From Chrysomallon squamiferum (lineage: Eukaryota; Animalia; Mollusca), in assembly GCA_012295275.1 (NCBI GenBank), contig CM022672.1, positions 17,794,001-17,858,000 of the forward strand: DNA of 64,000 nucleotides, written 5' to 3'. This document shows, piece by piece, positions 55,101 through 64,000 of this stretch. The notes beneath the pieces were generated by a model that saw only the letters and a list, made by a program, of their open reading frames with translations, did not search any database and was not told the DNA's origin. Within the stretch, counting starts at the first letter, position 1; each line of letters starts with the position of its first letter. The translations under genes and the position numbers were made by a program.

Positions 55101-58100
55101 AAATAAACAAACCAGCAATAAATAATGAAAATTAGTGTCAGTGTATTATTCTTTTAACTGAATGTTTATAAAGACCCAAACAATAATAGTGTTTTTCTAG
55201 AATGTGTGTCAAAACATACTGTTAAAAAAAAAATAATAATGATGTAACTGAAAATGAAACTGGTAATATTATTTAAACATTACTAAATTGTCTTGTTACC
55301 TTAAAAAAAAAAAAATAATAATAATAAATAAGTATGTCCAAAATGAACATGATAATAGGAAATAAACATTTTTTTTTTTTTTTTTAACTGGAATGCTTTT
55401 TAATAAATATCAGTGGGTTACTGGGGGGGTGTCCTCCTTTTTTCTCATTTTTCTTTTTATACTCATAGCTCTTTCAATCTTTAAAAAACTAAACTATTGC
55501 AGTAAATATTTAAAGAAAACTCTTTAATTTGAAACAAAATGTGTACTGATTGGCAAAATTATTTTTTAAACTGGAAACCATTTTAATGAAAGGACCATTT
55601 CTAATTTGAACCCGGTTTAAAAAAATGAACCATTTTTGGACTTGAAACAATTTTGCTAAATACTGATGTGCGACCATGTCTGTTGATGTTTTTGCTGTGT
55701 TAACATGCAGAGAACTGAATTGTCATCCATGAGTTAAACAACATACATATATGTATATATATATATGTATTCTGTAGTACTGGGATTGTTTTTTTTTATT
55801 TTTCGTGTGCTGTGAAAGTCACACAGGTGAACATGTCCATTAAATGTGGAATTCTTTTGTCTCATGTCTTAAACAGTTCTTCAACTCATCCATCTAATTT
55901 AGTTGTTTCAGGTTTTGTTATTTTTCTTACTGTTATTGACAGATTGTCTTTATTTAGATTTCTTTTTTTCAGTAAATCTTTTTTTTTTTTCTCTCTCTCT
56001 CTTTCTCTTCTCCATAAATATTTAAATTTAAGGTCTTTCTGTTGGTTTTTTTATTGCTTTACATTTCTTGCTGCTCTTGTTATACAACTTAAAAAAAAAA
56101 AAAAAAAAAAGTATATTTAATAATAATATTTTAAACGAATAGTAATATTTATTAACACCTTAAAATTCAAAAAAAAAAAAATAAAAAAAAAAAATAAAAT
56201 GATAATAATAAATAAATAAAATTAAAATGCCATGATTTTATTATCTTTCCTCAATTAAGAGCCATGGATTGCCATAAAAGAGGAGAACAGAGTGTACAAC
56301 ACACAAAAAAAAACGTAACTGATAAAAGAATCCCACCAATGGACTGTGTCTACTCTGCTGATTTTTGTATTATCTTGCTTTGGTTGCTTTTCTGTTAATC
56401 TTACATGTTCTGTTTTGTATATTAATTACATATTATCTGTGTACAGGTACTGAACTATTAACAACATGTAGATAATTTGCACGAGTATTACAGTAAACTG
56501 TCATTATACATGTTCATATAACCAACCATACAGGAATATAACTGATATAGTCGTGTAGTATTGTTATTGCATGTGGTGGAAACATGAAAACCGAAAAAGA
56601 AAGCTATTTTTCTTTTTAAAACGATGTCGGTTTGTGTAAGAGTTTAAATATCATTGACATTAAACATTTTAAAAATACGATAATGGTTGTAAGAAAAAAA
56701 ATTAAATGGAAATCATTTTAATCTTTTTTTTTTAATTTTTTTTTTAATTTTATTTTTTGTATTTGTTTTTTTATTTGTGATAAAATTATTCTAACCAATG
56801 TCACAGTGAACTTTAATCCTTTATTAGATTTTATTTATCTTTAAAAAAATAATTAAAAAAAAAAAAAAAAACCCAGTGATTTTCTTCAGTTTTTTTTTTC
56901 AGTGTTCAAACAACAGAATTGTGTAGCAGAAATTCACTTTCATTTTCATTTTCCTGTTTTTCGATTCATTTTTATTTCTTTTTTTAAACCTCAAAACCAT
57001 TATCTGTAGTAAAATAAAGATTTCATTGTTAGATCACACCCAATAGTCTGTTTATTTTTATTTTTTCATTATTATTATTTTTTTATCAATTTAATAAACA
57101 AATGTTTTTAATTGCAAACAGTTAAATAAATGTTTGCCAGTCAGTGAACATCTATTACTTGCAGTTGAACTAATGTTAATAACAATCTGCATTGTATCTT
57201 TTGAAACTGTTGAAACTGCATCTGACAACATAATGATACTATTACGATACCAAAATTATCTGGAGACAATTTCCTCAGAGAAAAATAAAAAAATATATGT
57301 ATATGTATGTATGTATGTATGTATGTAGACATAAAGTAATCATTTACATTCAGATCCTTAAAGCAATCATTTGCATTCAGATCCTTAAAGCCTTGTCTGC
57401 TGGCCATTGTAATTCAGTTTTCACTTGCAGTATTCATTTTCAGTGACATCACTGTATATAATCAGAATAACAAACAACTTAGAGAAAATATATATATATA
57501 TATATATATATTTAATGTTTGTTTATACCACATAGGCTGTTAAATGTAGAATTAAGTGTGATGCATAATGCATTTTCGATGTTGTAGGACTCTATGAAAT
57601 ATAGAAAAGTATGGTAGTTAATCGAAAGTGTAATATGGGTTCTGCTAATGTTGTGGTATTAAAATGTTGAGGTCTGTGAAAATGTATGAAGTGTATTAAG
57701 TTTTACACATATTTGTATGGACCAAAATGATAGCTTTACTATTAGGTTTAAGTAAAGTGTGGAATGAATTTGAATTTCTTTGTTTTAAACATAATAATAT
57801 AATGCTACATTATAGTTTATCTGTTGTTAAATTAATTAAATGGTTTTCGGTTTTCTGTGTTTTTTGTTTTTGTTTTTTTAAAGAAACTATTGTGGATACT
57901 GTTTGGCTCTTTTTGTTTTGTTTTGTTTTGTTTTGTTTTGTTTTGTTTTGTTTTGGTGTTTTTAAAACAGATTACCATTAATGGTGTTTTGATTGTTTTA
58001 TTTTATTATTATTATTTTTGTTTTTTTTGTTTTGTTTCGTTGAACATCACTATAGACATTAACAACTAAAAAATGTGGAAAATAATAGTCATAGGCTGTT

Positions 58101-60986
58101 GTTGTTGGGTGTGTTTTTTTGTTTGTTTGTGTGTTTTTTTTGGTGCCAGGGGTTTGTTAAAATATTTGGTAGTCTACGTAAAAAGGTGTAATGATGTTGA
58201 TTTGAGACTAAAAGTAATTTTTCCACTGTAACCTTCATCATGCTACATTTTCTCAGGTATTCTCTGAATAGTTAACTTGTTTTTCAAGTCATGTTCTTAG
58301 ACCAGAATTTGCTGGTTCCAGTAACCTGATAATTACATACATTTTTACACTGAATTTTGTGCTCAGCTGAAGGAGATCGCTTTACCCACTCATCAACCTT
58401 GTTTATAAAATAATTTCATTCATATTAATAATGTTCAGTTGCATCTGTATTTGCCAGTACACTAAAGTAAGTTAGTGGGGGTTTTTTTTTTTCTTCTTTA
58501 TTTATTTAAATGTCACTGCATTTCTACGCAATGCATATAACTGAAATATGAATGCATCTGAATTTTTAAGTTGACAGTAAATCATATTACCTTCCCTTGA
58601 ATTTCATGTTTACAGTAGCTATCATCTAGCTAATAATAATAATACTGATAATGATAATAATAAACGGGCAATATTGGCATGAAGATCAGCTAACTAATGT
58701 TTCAACAGTTAGTAACTACTTTATTAAGTTTCTTGTAAATTAAATGAAAGAATCTCTTCAGTAACAAGTTTATAGGAGAGAGAGAACTTTAGCTCCTGGC
58801 TAAAATAGAGTAATTCTGATTGTATAAAAGTAATACTTGACAGTGTTAAGTTCATTTTCACTTCAGTGTGAATGTTATAGTGTTTTAACTGGGTTATTGC
58901 ATTATCAGCATTCCTTTTTCATTTGTTTGTTTCTGTACTGCAAAATGCTACATTGTCTTTTTGCCTCTTTCTCTCCCTGCAGCCTCTGGATTATGCTGTT
59001 TTTCCTGTTACAAGTGCTCTCATATGATCATGATTGTCCTTTCCATTCTATCTCTGGGTTTTGGGGGTGTTTTTTCAGTGTAGGATTAAAATAAAGTTAC
59101 TGTAAATCTTAATTTGTAGAACAAAAACAAGATGCATAATGACACTGAAAATGTCTTTTTTTTCTTTTCTTCTTCTTTACAAAAAGCAATAAAAATAAAG
59201 ACTTGTATGCTTTAAGTATCCATTAGTTACTTAACAAATAACTGAAATGGTAAATAATTAAATTTGAGTGTAATTAAGAAATGTACTGGAAGATTAACAA
59301 AATCCAGAGAAACTTTGACTTTCACTTAACAACTAAATTCATAAACTAGGAACAGAGAAAATATACTTTTAAGACAGCCAGCCAGCTTTTGTAAGTGCAA
59401 GCATAAGTATTAGGGAAAACTGGGTTTTTTTTGAAAATAATTACTCTTGTCCCACGAATCTGTTGGCCCAGAAACTTTTTATGCAATATGACATTAATGG
59501 ATTGGTCTCTAGAATATCGCATGTGAGGTGGGCTCTTAATTTGTAAGTTGGGACGATATTATTTGCCGAAATTATTCTGTTAGAAAGAAGGAATTGATTT
59601 TTCTGGCCCAGGGGACGCGGTTTGGTGGTAATGTTGTCTGAAGTATGAAGGCTGCTCTCGTGGGGGCCATGTTGCCAGCGTTTATTCATGCAGTTGGCGG
59701 TGGTTGTCATGTTTTTCTCTCTGCTTGTAACCAATGTTGATATGTGGTCCAAACAAGCCGCCAGGACATCACAACATCTGATACTCGGTCAGACTTTGGA
59801 GAAGAGAGAGAAAAATAATAATAACAGAAATAGCCATGAATGATTAAGTTTCAATTAGTCATACAATAGTTATTGATTTCGGATAATCTATTTCCATACT
59901 TGTCATAAATGTTGGTTGATAACTTTTCTTTGGTAGTTACGTTTTTTGTTTTTTTTTTTGAAAAAAAAAAACTTTCTTTGAAGATGAAACCTCTTTTTTT
60001 TTTTTTTTTTATTGGACGTTTTTTGGAATTTTAACAGATTAAAAACCACTGAAAAAGGTTTTGTTGAAAAGAGAAACTAATGTGAGACTGAATAAATAAG
60101 TGTTAGAAGAGCATCTGTGGAGAATATTTCTAAGAACACATTTCTGAAGAAAAAAAAAAGATTTATGATAAATAAAGAGCAGTTAAATGATGAGGTTTAC
60201 AGCTTTCAGGTTTTTGGGGGGTTTTTATTTTTATTTTTTTTCTTCTCTGTCTTACATTCAAAGATTACATTACAAAGTAATTGATTAAGAAAAAAAAAAA
60301 AAGGAGAAATCCTTCAAGTAGATTTTGCATTCATTTAATCTCTGCAGTTGAAGATGGTATTTTGTCACACTGTTTAGAGCCAGAGTCTGGATGTCAGTAA
60401 ACTGATACTGTGTTGTTTTAATGGTGACATCTCGTTGTCAGTTGTCCCATTAACGATTTAAAACAGCCGTCTCATAAACACACTTCATTTATTTATTTTT
60501 TTTACCATTTCTGACCACCTTTTATTATGTTGTGTCGATTTGTAATTCTTAATTTGTGGTTCTTGGAAACAAATACTTCATTGTTTGTTTTTGGGGTTTT
60601 TTTGTTTTTCTTCTGTTTAGTGTTTCCTTTTTGTTTTTTTGTCAAAAAATTTTCATTTTTTTTCTTGGTACTTAGTTGTTCTATTAAAATTACGAGAATT
60701 AATAGTCATAACACTGGGATTTTTACTTCTTTTAGTTCTTTTCATTTCAATGTAGATAACTGCATTAAGGCAATGAATTTGTTTTCAAAGATAAACTTTG
60801 AGATCAGGACAATACAAACCTAGATCACAGATCTAAACAAAATTTATATAATTTTAATTATAGATATGTTTTGGAGATAAAATTGATATATGCATTTTTA
60901 AAATAAACACTGATAGATACTGTTTCAATTTTAAAATGTTTATTTATTTTCTCTTTTTGTCTTTAGGATACCAGTCAGCACAGTGA
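23961..60986 (+). CDS. TIAL1: TIA-1/TIAR family (nucleolysin TIAR / Rox8-like) RNA-binding protein, 5'-partial spliced gene: join(23961..24018,31102..31189,43190..43265,45661..45781,47613..47705,48124..48208,49317..49443,50035..50225,50571..50674,60967..60986)
   Basis: Manual splicing at GT-AG sites gives one open frame with compatible phases: [205 protein letters not shown]...Q/G/Y-rich...PMQQGYQSAQ*. The motifs [45 protein letters not shown] and VKCSWGKE are diagnostic of TIA1/TIAL1. Probably the single invertebrate co-orthologue of both. Confidence 0.96.
27195..27256 (+). repeat. Poly(T) homopolymer, about 62 nt
   Basis: Uninterrupted T run. Confidence 0.95.
30007..30065 (+). repeat. Poly(T) homopolymer, about 59 nt
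   Basis: Uninterrupted T run. Confidence 0.95.
30603..30623 (+). CDS. Candidate alternative in-frame microexon (21 nt) in the RRM1-RRM2 linker
   Basis: ttctttccTGCattttcag|AGTGGTTAAGATCAACGTATG|gtatgt; phase 1 to 1, no stop; DTS-K becomes DTS-KWLRSTYE. Confidence 0.6.
31102..31189 (+). CDS. TIAL1: TIA1/TIAR exon: first half of RRM2 with RNP2 ([30 protein letters not shown])
   Basis: Acceptor ttatttttcag|AG, donor ATC|gtgagt; 88 nt, phase 1 to 2. Confidence 0.96.
32074..32120. repeat. (TTA)n microsatellite
   Basis: Perfect trinucleotide run. Confidence 0.95.
33424..33476. repeat. (TTA)n microsatellite
   Basis: Perfect trinucleotide run. Confidence 0.95.
34384..34416. repeat. (GT)n microsatellite
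   Basis: Perfect dinucleotide run. Confidence 0.95.
36543..36621. repeat. Compound (TCTA)n(TC)n microsatellite
   Basis: tctatctatctatcta followed by about 30 TC units. Confidence 0.95.
38151..38215 (+). other. Candidate poison (NMD) cassette exon
   Basis: ctgtttcctgaatttaacag|ATGTGACC...AGGCTAT|gtatgc followed by a long U-rich tract; 65 nt. Joining to the exon at 43190 creates T+AG = TAG. Confidence 0.5.
41617..41688 (+). repeat. Poly(T) homopolymer, about 72 nt (longest in the window)
   Basis: Uninterrupted T run. Confidence 0.95.
43190..43265 (+). CDS. TIAL1: TIA1/TIAR exon: RRM2 RNP1 ([25 protein letters not shown])
   Basis: Acceptor tatattttcag|A, donor CTG|gtaagt; 76 nt, phase 2 to 0. 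Confidence 0.96.
45661..45781 (+). CDS. TIAL1: TIA1/TIAR exon: end of RRM2 plus linker ([40 protein letters not shown])
   Basis: Acceptor attttctcag|GAT, donor CAG|gtgaat; 121 nt, phase 0 to 1. Confidence 0.94.
47613..47705 (+). CDS. TIAL1: TIA1/TIAR exon: start of RRM3 ([31 protein letters not shown])
   Basis: Acceptor ttttatcctag|AT, donor CAG|gtacat; 93 nt, phase 1 to 1. Confidence 0.95.
48124..48208 (+). CDS. TIAL1: TIA1/TIAR exon: RRM3 RNP1 ([28 protein letters not shown])
   Basis: Acceptor ttttattacag|AG, donor AAG|gtaaga; 85 nt, phase 1 to 2. Confidence 0.96.
49317..49443 (+). CDS. TIAL1: TIA1/TIAR exon: end of RRM3 ([43 protein letters not shown])
   Basis: Acceptor tttatttgcag|A, donor CAG|gtagac; 127 nt, phase 2 to 0. 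Confidence 0.94.
50005..50011 (+). promoter_or_regulatory. Perfect consensus branch point TACTAAC (SF1/QKI-type site)
   Basis: TACTAAC with the branch A about 25 nt upstream of the 50035 acceptor, which has a weak pyrimidine tract. Confidence 0.7.
50035..50225 (+). CDS. TIAL1: TIA1/TIAR exon: prion-like Q/G/Y/S low-complexity domain, part 1
   Basis: Matches ORF-track 50014..50229 ([31 protein letters not shown]...YQAYG). Acceptor tcttcaacag|CAA with upstream TACTAAC, donor TGG|gtaaga; 191 nt, phase 0 to 2. Confidence 0.9.
50571..50674 (+). CDS. TIAL1: TIA1/TIAR exon: prion-like domain, part 2 ([35 protein letters not shown])
   Basis: Acceptor ttcttcttcttcag|G, donor AGG|gtaaac; 104 nt, phase 2 to 1. 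Overlaps ORF-track 50524..50715. Confidence 0.88.
51481..51521. repeat. Tandem duplication, 23-bp period
   Basis: taattaaactctggttgaacatt / taattaaactttggttga. Confidence 0.8.
52135..52165. repeat. (AC)n microsatellite
   Basis: Perfect dinucleotide run. Confidence 0.95.
54711..54742 (+). other. Candidate alternative cassette or terminal exon encoding C-terminus DLD*
   Basis: tgttttgttttgtag|ATCTAGATTAG...TTTTTCAT|gtaagt; G+AT CTA GAT TAG in phase 1. Confidence 0.45.
57333..57390. repeat. Tandem duplication, 27-bp unit x2
   Basis: aaagtaatcatttacattcagatcctt / aaagcaatcatttgcattcagatcctt (2 mismatches). Confidence 0.9.
57911..57955. repeat. (TTTTG)n pentanucleotide repeat
   Basis: About 9 units of ttttg. 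Confidence 0.9.
60967..60986 (+). CDS. TIAL1: TIA1/TIAR terminal coding exon (GYQSAQ*)
   Basis: Strong acceptor ttttctctttttgtctttag|GA gives G-Y-Q-S-A-Q-TGA in phase 1, resembling the vertebrate C-termini (TIA1 ...GYETQ*, TIAL1 ...SYQTQ*). Confidence 0.85.
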
Positions 60987-61699
60987 CCTTCCTATAACCA
61001 TAGCAACTGCGAGCATGACCTCAAAAACAGTTGACCTGTGGTTATATCTGGTGTCAATGACGGCTCCCCAGCATCCTAGTACATGAAGAATGTGATTCGA
61101 GTCTGGCTGAAGCTGGCATCTTTACACTCGCTGTATATAGTGATAGATAGTATAGGTCATAGTCCTGACATCTGTTTGTCCTTGTATGTGTCCCCCTTTA
61201 TTTTTTTTTATTTTTTTTTTTTTTTTTTTTTCTTATTTTTTTTTTTTTTATATATATATATATCTTTCTTTTTGTTTCATCAGATGTTTTAATGTCGGCC
61301 AAACTAGGGAATTTGGTTTTATTCTGTTGTATTCTGAATTGTAAGGTTATAGTAATTGATCATGATGAAGCCCTTGTTATATTGATAAACGTTGTACAGT
61401 GTTTGTGATGACAAATGCTCATATTTATTACTATTGGAAAAATGCAGTTCCTGTGATTTTCTTTGATTGATTTCTTCCATTTCTCTTTCCTTTTTTATTT
61501 TTTATTATTTTTATTACTTGTTTTTCTTATATTTTTTTTTCTTTTTACCCCCGTTTGTCTAAAAAAAAAAGCCTTGGTTATAAATATTTAACAGGGACTT
61601 TTTTCATTCTCTCTCCTTCCTTTATTTCTATTTTCATATATTTATATGAATTCAGAATATTAAGAGAGAAAGCGAGAGAGAGAGAGAGAAAAGGTGTAG

Positions 61700-61733
<34 letters not shown>

Positions 61734-61769
61734 AATTACAATTGTTAATACAATGCTGATGTTTCATAA

Positions 61770-61875
61770 TGTTTTTATAACTGTTAATATCATATTGGCA
61801 AAGATTTGAGATGTTTTATAACTGTTACTATGAAATTGCTGATGATTTGAAGTGTTTTACAAACTGTTAATGTTA
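61770..61875. repeat. Degenerate minisatellite, about 41-bp unit x2.5, in the putative 3' UTR
   Basis: Recurring tgttttataactgtta...gatttga core at about 61770, 61812 and 61853. Confidence 0.75.
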
Positions 61876-62522
61876 AAGCATTTTATATTTCAAAATTTTA
61901 ATGCCTTTTCCAGCTTCATTTCTTTCAAATAAAAATAAAAGTATATATATATATTAAAAAAAAAAAGTTATTTGTAAAATTAGATACCTGCATTAGTCAA
62001 TCCCTAGTTTATTTAAGATTATCTTAGTAGCTTGGCAGCCTATTGTTGAAAAACTTTAGGTTATATTGTTTGTTTTTGTCTTTTTTTTTTTTTCTCTTTT
62101 TTTAAATGTGAATAATGATCAATCATCTTGTTTGAATAATTTTGTGTAAAGAGTAATTTAAAAACAATAAATAAATAAATAAATAAAAACCCAACCCCTT
62201 GTACAGAATATTATATATAATGGCTTTCCATAATTTTATTGTTACTATTGTTACTGGTTTATCTCATCTGTAAAGTTTATCATTTTTCATGTACAACATG
62301 TAATAACATCAACACTGTTTAAAAAAAAACTTTTGACTTGAACTGAGATGTGATGATCCTCTATATTTTCATACGATGTATTAATTGAAGTTACAGTCAT
62401 TCTGCAATGTAAATATTGTTTCTAAATATTCTAACATTTATTTTTTTTTCCCATAAGTCTGATTTTTTTTTTTTTTTTTCTCCCAGTCTTTGTGATGTTG
62501 AGGGAGTGGTGTGTTTCTTGGT

Positions 62523-62583
<61 letters not shown>

Positions 62584-62646
62584 GAAAAAAAATGCCATGA
62601 GAACCATTGTACAAAATGACAAAAGAAAAAAAAAAAAAAAATTAAG

Positions 62647-62686
<40 letters not shown>

Positions 62687-62914
62687 AAACTGTCTTGTAT
62701 ATTCCTCCATTATTGTGTGTGTTTTTAGTCCACGAATGTATGTGACAAATACTGTATCTACAGAGGTTGTAGTTACACTTGGTATTGTACTGTTGTTGTA
62801 GAAAAATGCCTCATTTTGACATCAGCATTGGGTGAAAGAACATGTATATAATAGTGTCTTTTTGTTTAAACTGTCATCTGGTATGTCCTTCAAGGGGGAA
62901 GTAAATTTTAAACA

Positions 62915-62920
62915 AATAAA
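62915..62920 (+). terminator. Candidate polyadenylation signal AATAAA
   Basis: AATAAA preceded by several TGTA (CFIm) motifs and followed about 15-30 nt later by GU-rich gggtgtttgggttgt and then U-rich sequence. Confidence 0.5.
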
Positions 62921-63873
62921 ATGTTTAAAATAATGGGTGTTTGGGTTGTACTATTATCATTATGTTTATTATTATTTTTTTATTTCTTTTTTTTTTTCAT
63001 TTTTTTTTTTAGAAAGTAATTTGGATTTGTTATCTTTATTTGTGACTATAGTGACAGTGAATTGTATTTTTCTGTACATTTGTTCAGAATTTTATTGAGG
63101 ATAATTTTAGTTTGGTCCATGTAAGCCCTTTTTTTTTTCACAGTAATTTAAATTAAATAGTAGAGTGTACAAAGTGAATGTAACTGTTTGCGATCATCAG
63201 GTTATGGTAACATATCAAAGAGAAATTTGTGATAAAAGCAGTATATCTTGGTAAGTCAAAATCTTCTGTCATGAATTTTTAACAAAAAAAGTTGAAGATA
63301 AACTGTCTTAAAAAGAACTATAAATATTTGTAAAAAAAAAATCACTTTTTATCAACAGCTTAAAATACATTTTATCAGTTTAAACAAAGGAAAAGAATTT
63401 GATGACATCAGAAAGTATTTTTATTTTTTTTTTTTTATTTATCCCATGGATAAAAATAATGCTATCCTTTGTTTTTAAAATGTTACCCAAACTATTTTGC
63501 AGTTACAAAACGTACTTTTTTCTTTCTTTCCTTCTTTTTATTTTTTTTTTATTTTTTTATTCCATCAATCTGAAAAGTTGGTTCATAATATAGTTACAGA
63601 AATAATTTAATATGCAATTCTGGTTATGATGTGAATGTTAACAAATAACAGAGACAGTTACAACTGTTCGAGGCTGTGTATCAAAAACTCTTGTATTTGT
63701 GAATGTGTTTAGCTTAGTTAAATTTCCAGGATGACAATTACAATGATGTTTTTTTTTGTGTGTTTTTTTTTTTTTTTTTTTTGTATCTGTATGTGCTACT
63801 CAACATTTGATAATTATCCAGCATAATTATTCATAATTCTTGATACCAAAGTCAACTTGTTTTTCTCCATTTT

Positions 63874-63907
<34 letters not shown>

Positions 63908-64000
63908 CAAGAAATGGGGATGGTGCTTTTAATATTGAATATTTATTTGGCCTTCAAAAACAGAACAGCAGTTTGCAAAAATGCACAGAAGTTGTTTCCC

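Larger units (their letters stand above)
60987..62945 (+). other. Putative 3' UTR of the TIA1/TIAR gene
   Basis: Follows the TGA at 60984-60986. U-rich, with several TGTA elements and AATAAA at 61928, 62166 and 62915. The 3' end is uncertain. Confidence 0.6.

Noticed and set aside
244-56573. Numerous TGCATG (RBFOX) motifs, including tgcatgcatgcatg at about 6849
   Set aside because: The reverse complement CATGCA appears about as often by eye, so the excess is explained by CpG-deamination TG/CA enrichment rather than strand-specific selection.
459-63593. The roughly 110 short ORFs in the six-frame track
   Set aside because: They are mostly F/L/K/Y/N-rich translations of homopolymers and microsatellites with no recognisable domain. 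Only 50014..50229 and 50524..50715 overlap real exons in frame; 45568..45759 is antisense to an exon.
1-64000. CRISPR arrays, prokaryotic operons, tRNA/rRNA genes, transposase or reverse-transcriptase remnants
   Set aside because: None seen. The tandem repeats have only 2-3 degenerate units without unique spacers, and the region is a spliced eukaryotic gene. Highly decayed TEs cannot be excluded without a repeat library.

Overview
This is AT-rich, CpG-depleted animal genomic DNA, probably invertebrate (the species cannot be determined from the sequence). It is not prokaryotic, and almost all of the supplied ORF track is noise. The whole window lies inside one + strand gene encoding a TIA-1/TIAR (nucleolysin, Rox8-like) three-RRM RNA-binding protein. 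Ten GT-AG exons (23961-60986) splice in frame to give the end of RRM1, RRM2, RRM3 and a Q/G/Y-rich prion-like tail ending GYQSAQ*. The start codon and most of RRM1 lie upstream of the window, so 1-23960 appears to be part of one intron longer than 24 kb. The most interesting signals are unannotated splicing-regulatory candidates: (i) an in-frame 21-nt microexon with a UGC enhancer in the RRM1-RRM2 linker, where vertebrate TIA1 has its alternative exon 5; (ii) up to three PTC-introducing poison-exon candidates in the intron that splits RRM2, the best having a weak donor followed by a U-rich tract (the TIA autoregulation signature); (iii) three possible alternative C-termini or last exons; and (iv) introns built from regularly alternating mixed-composition blocks and A/T spacers, with CpG-retaining islands and no recognisable transposons. 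All alternative-exon calls are predictions from sequence and need RNA-seq or cross-species alignment.
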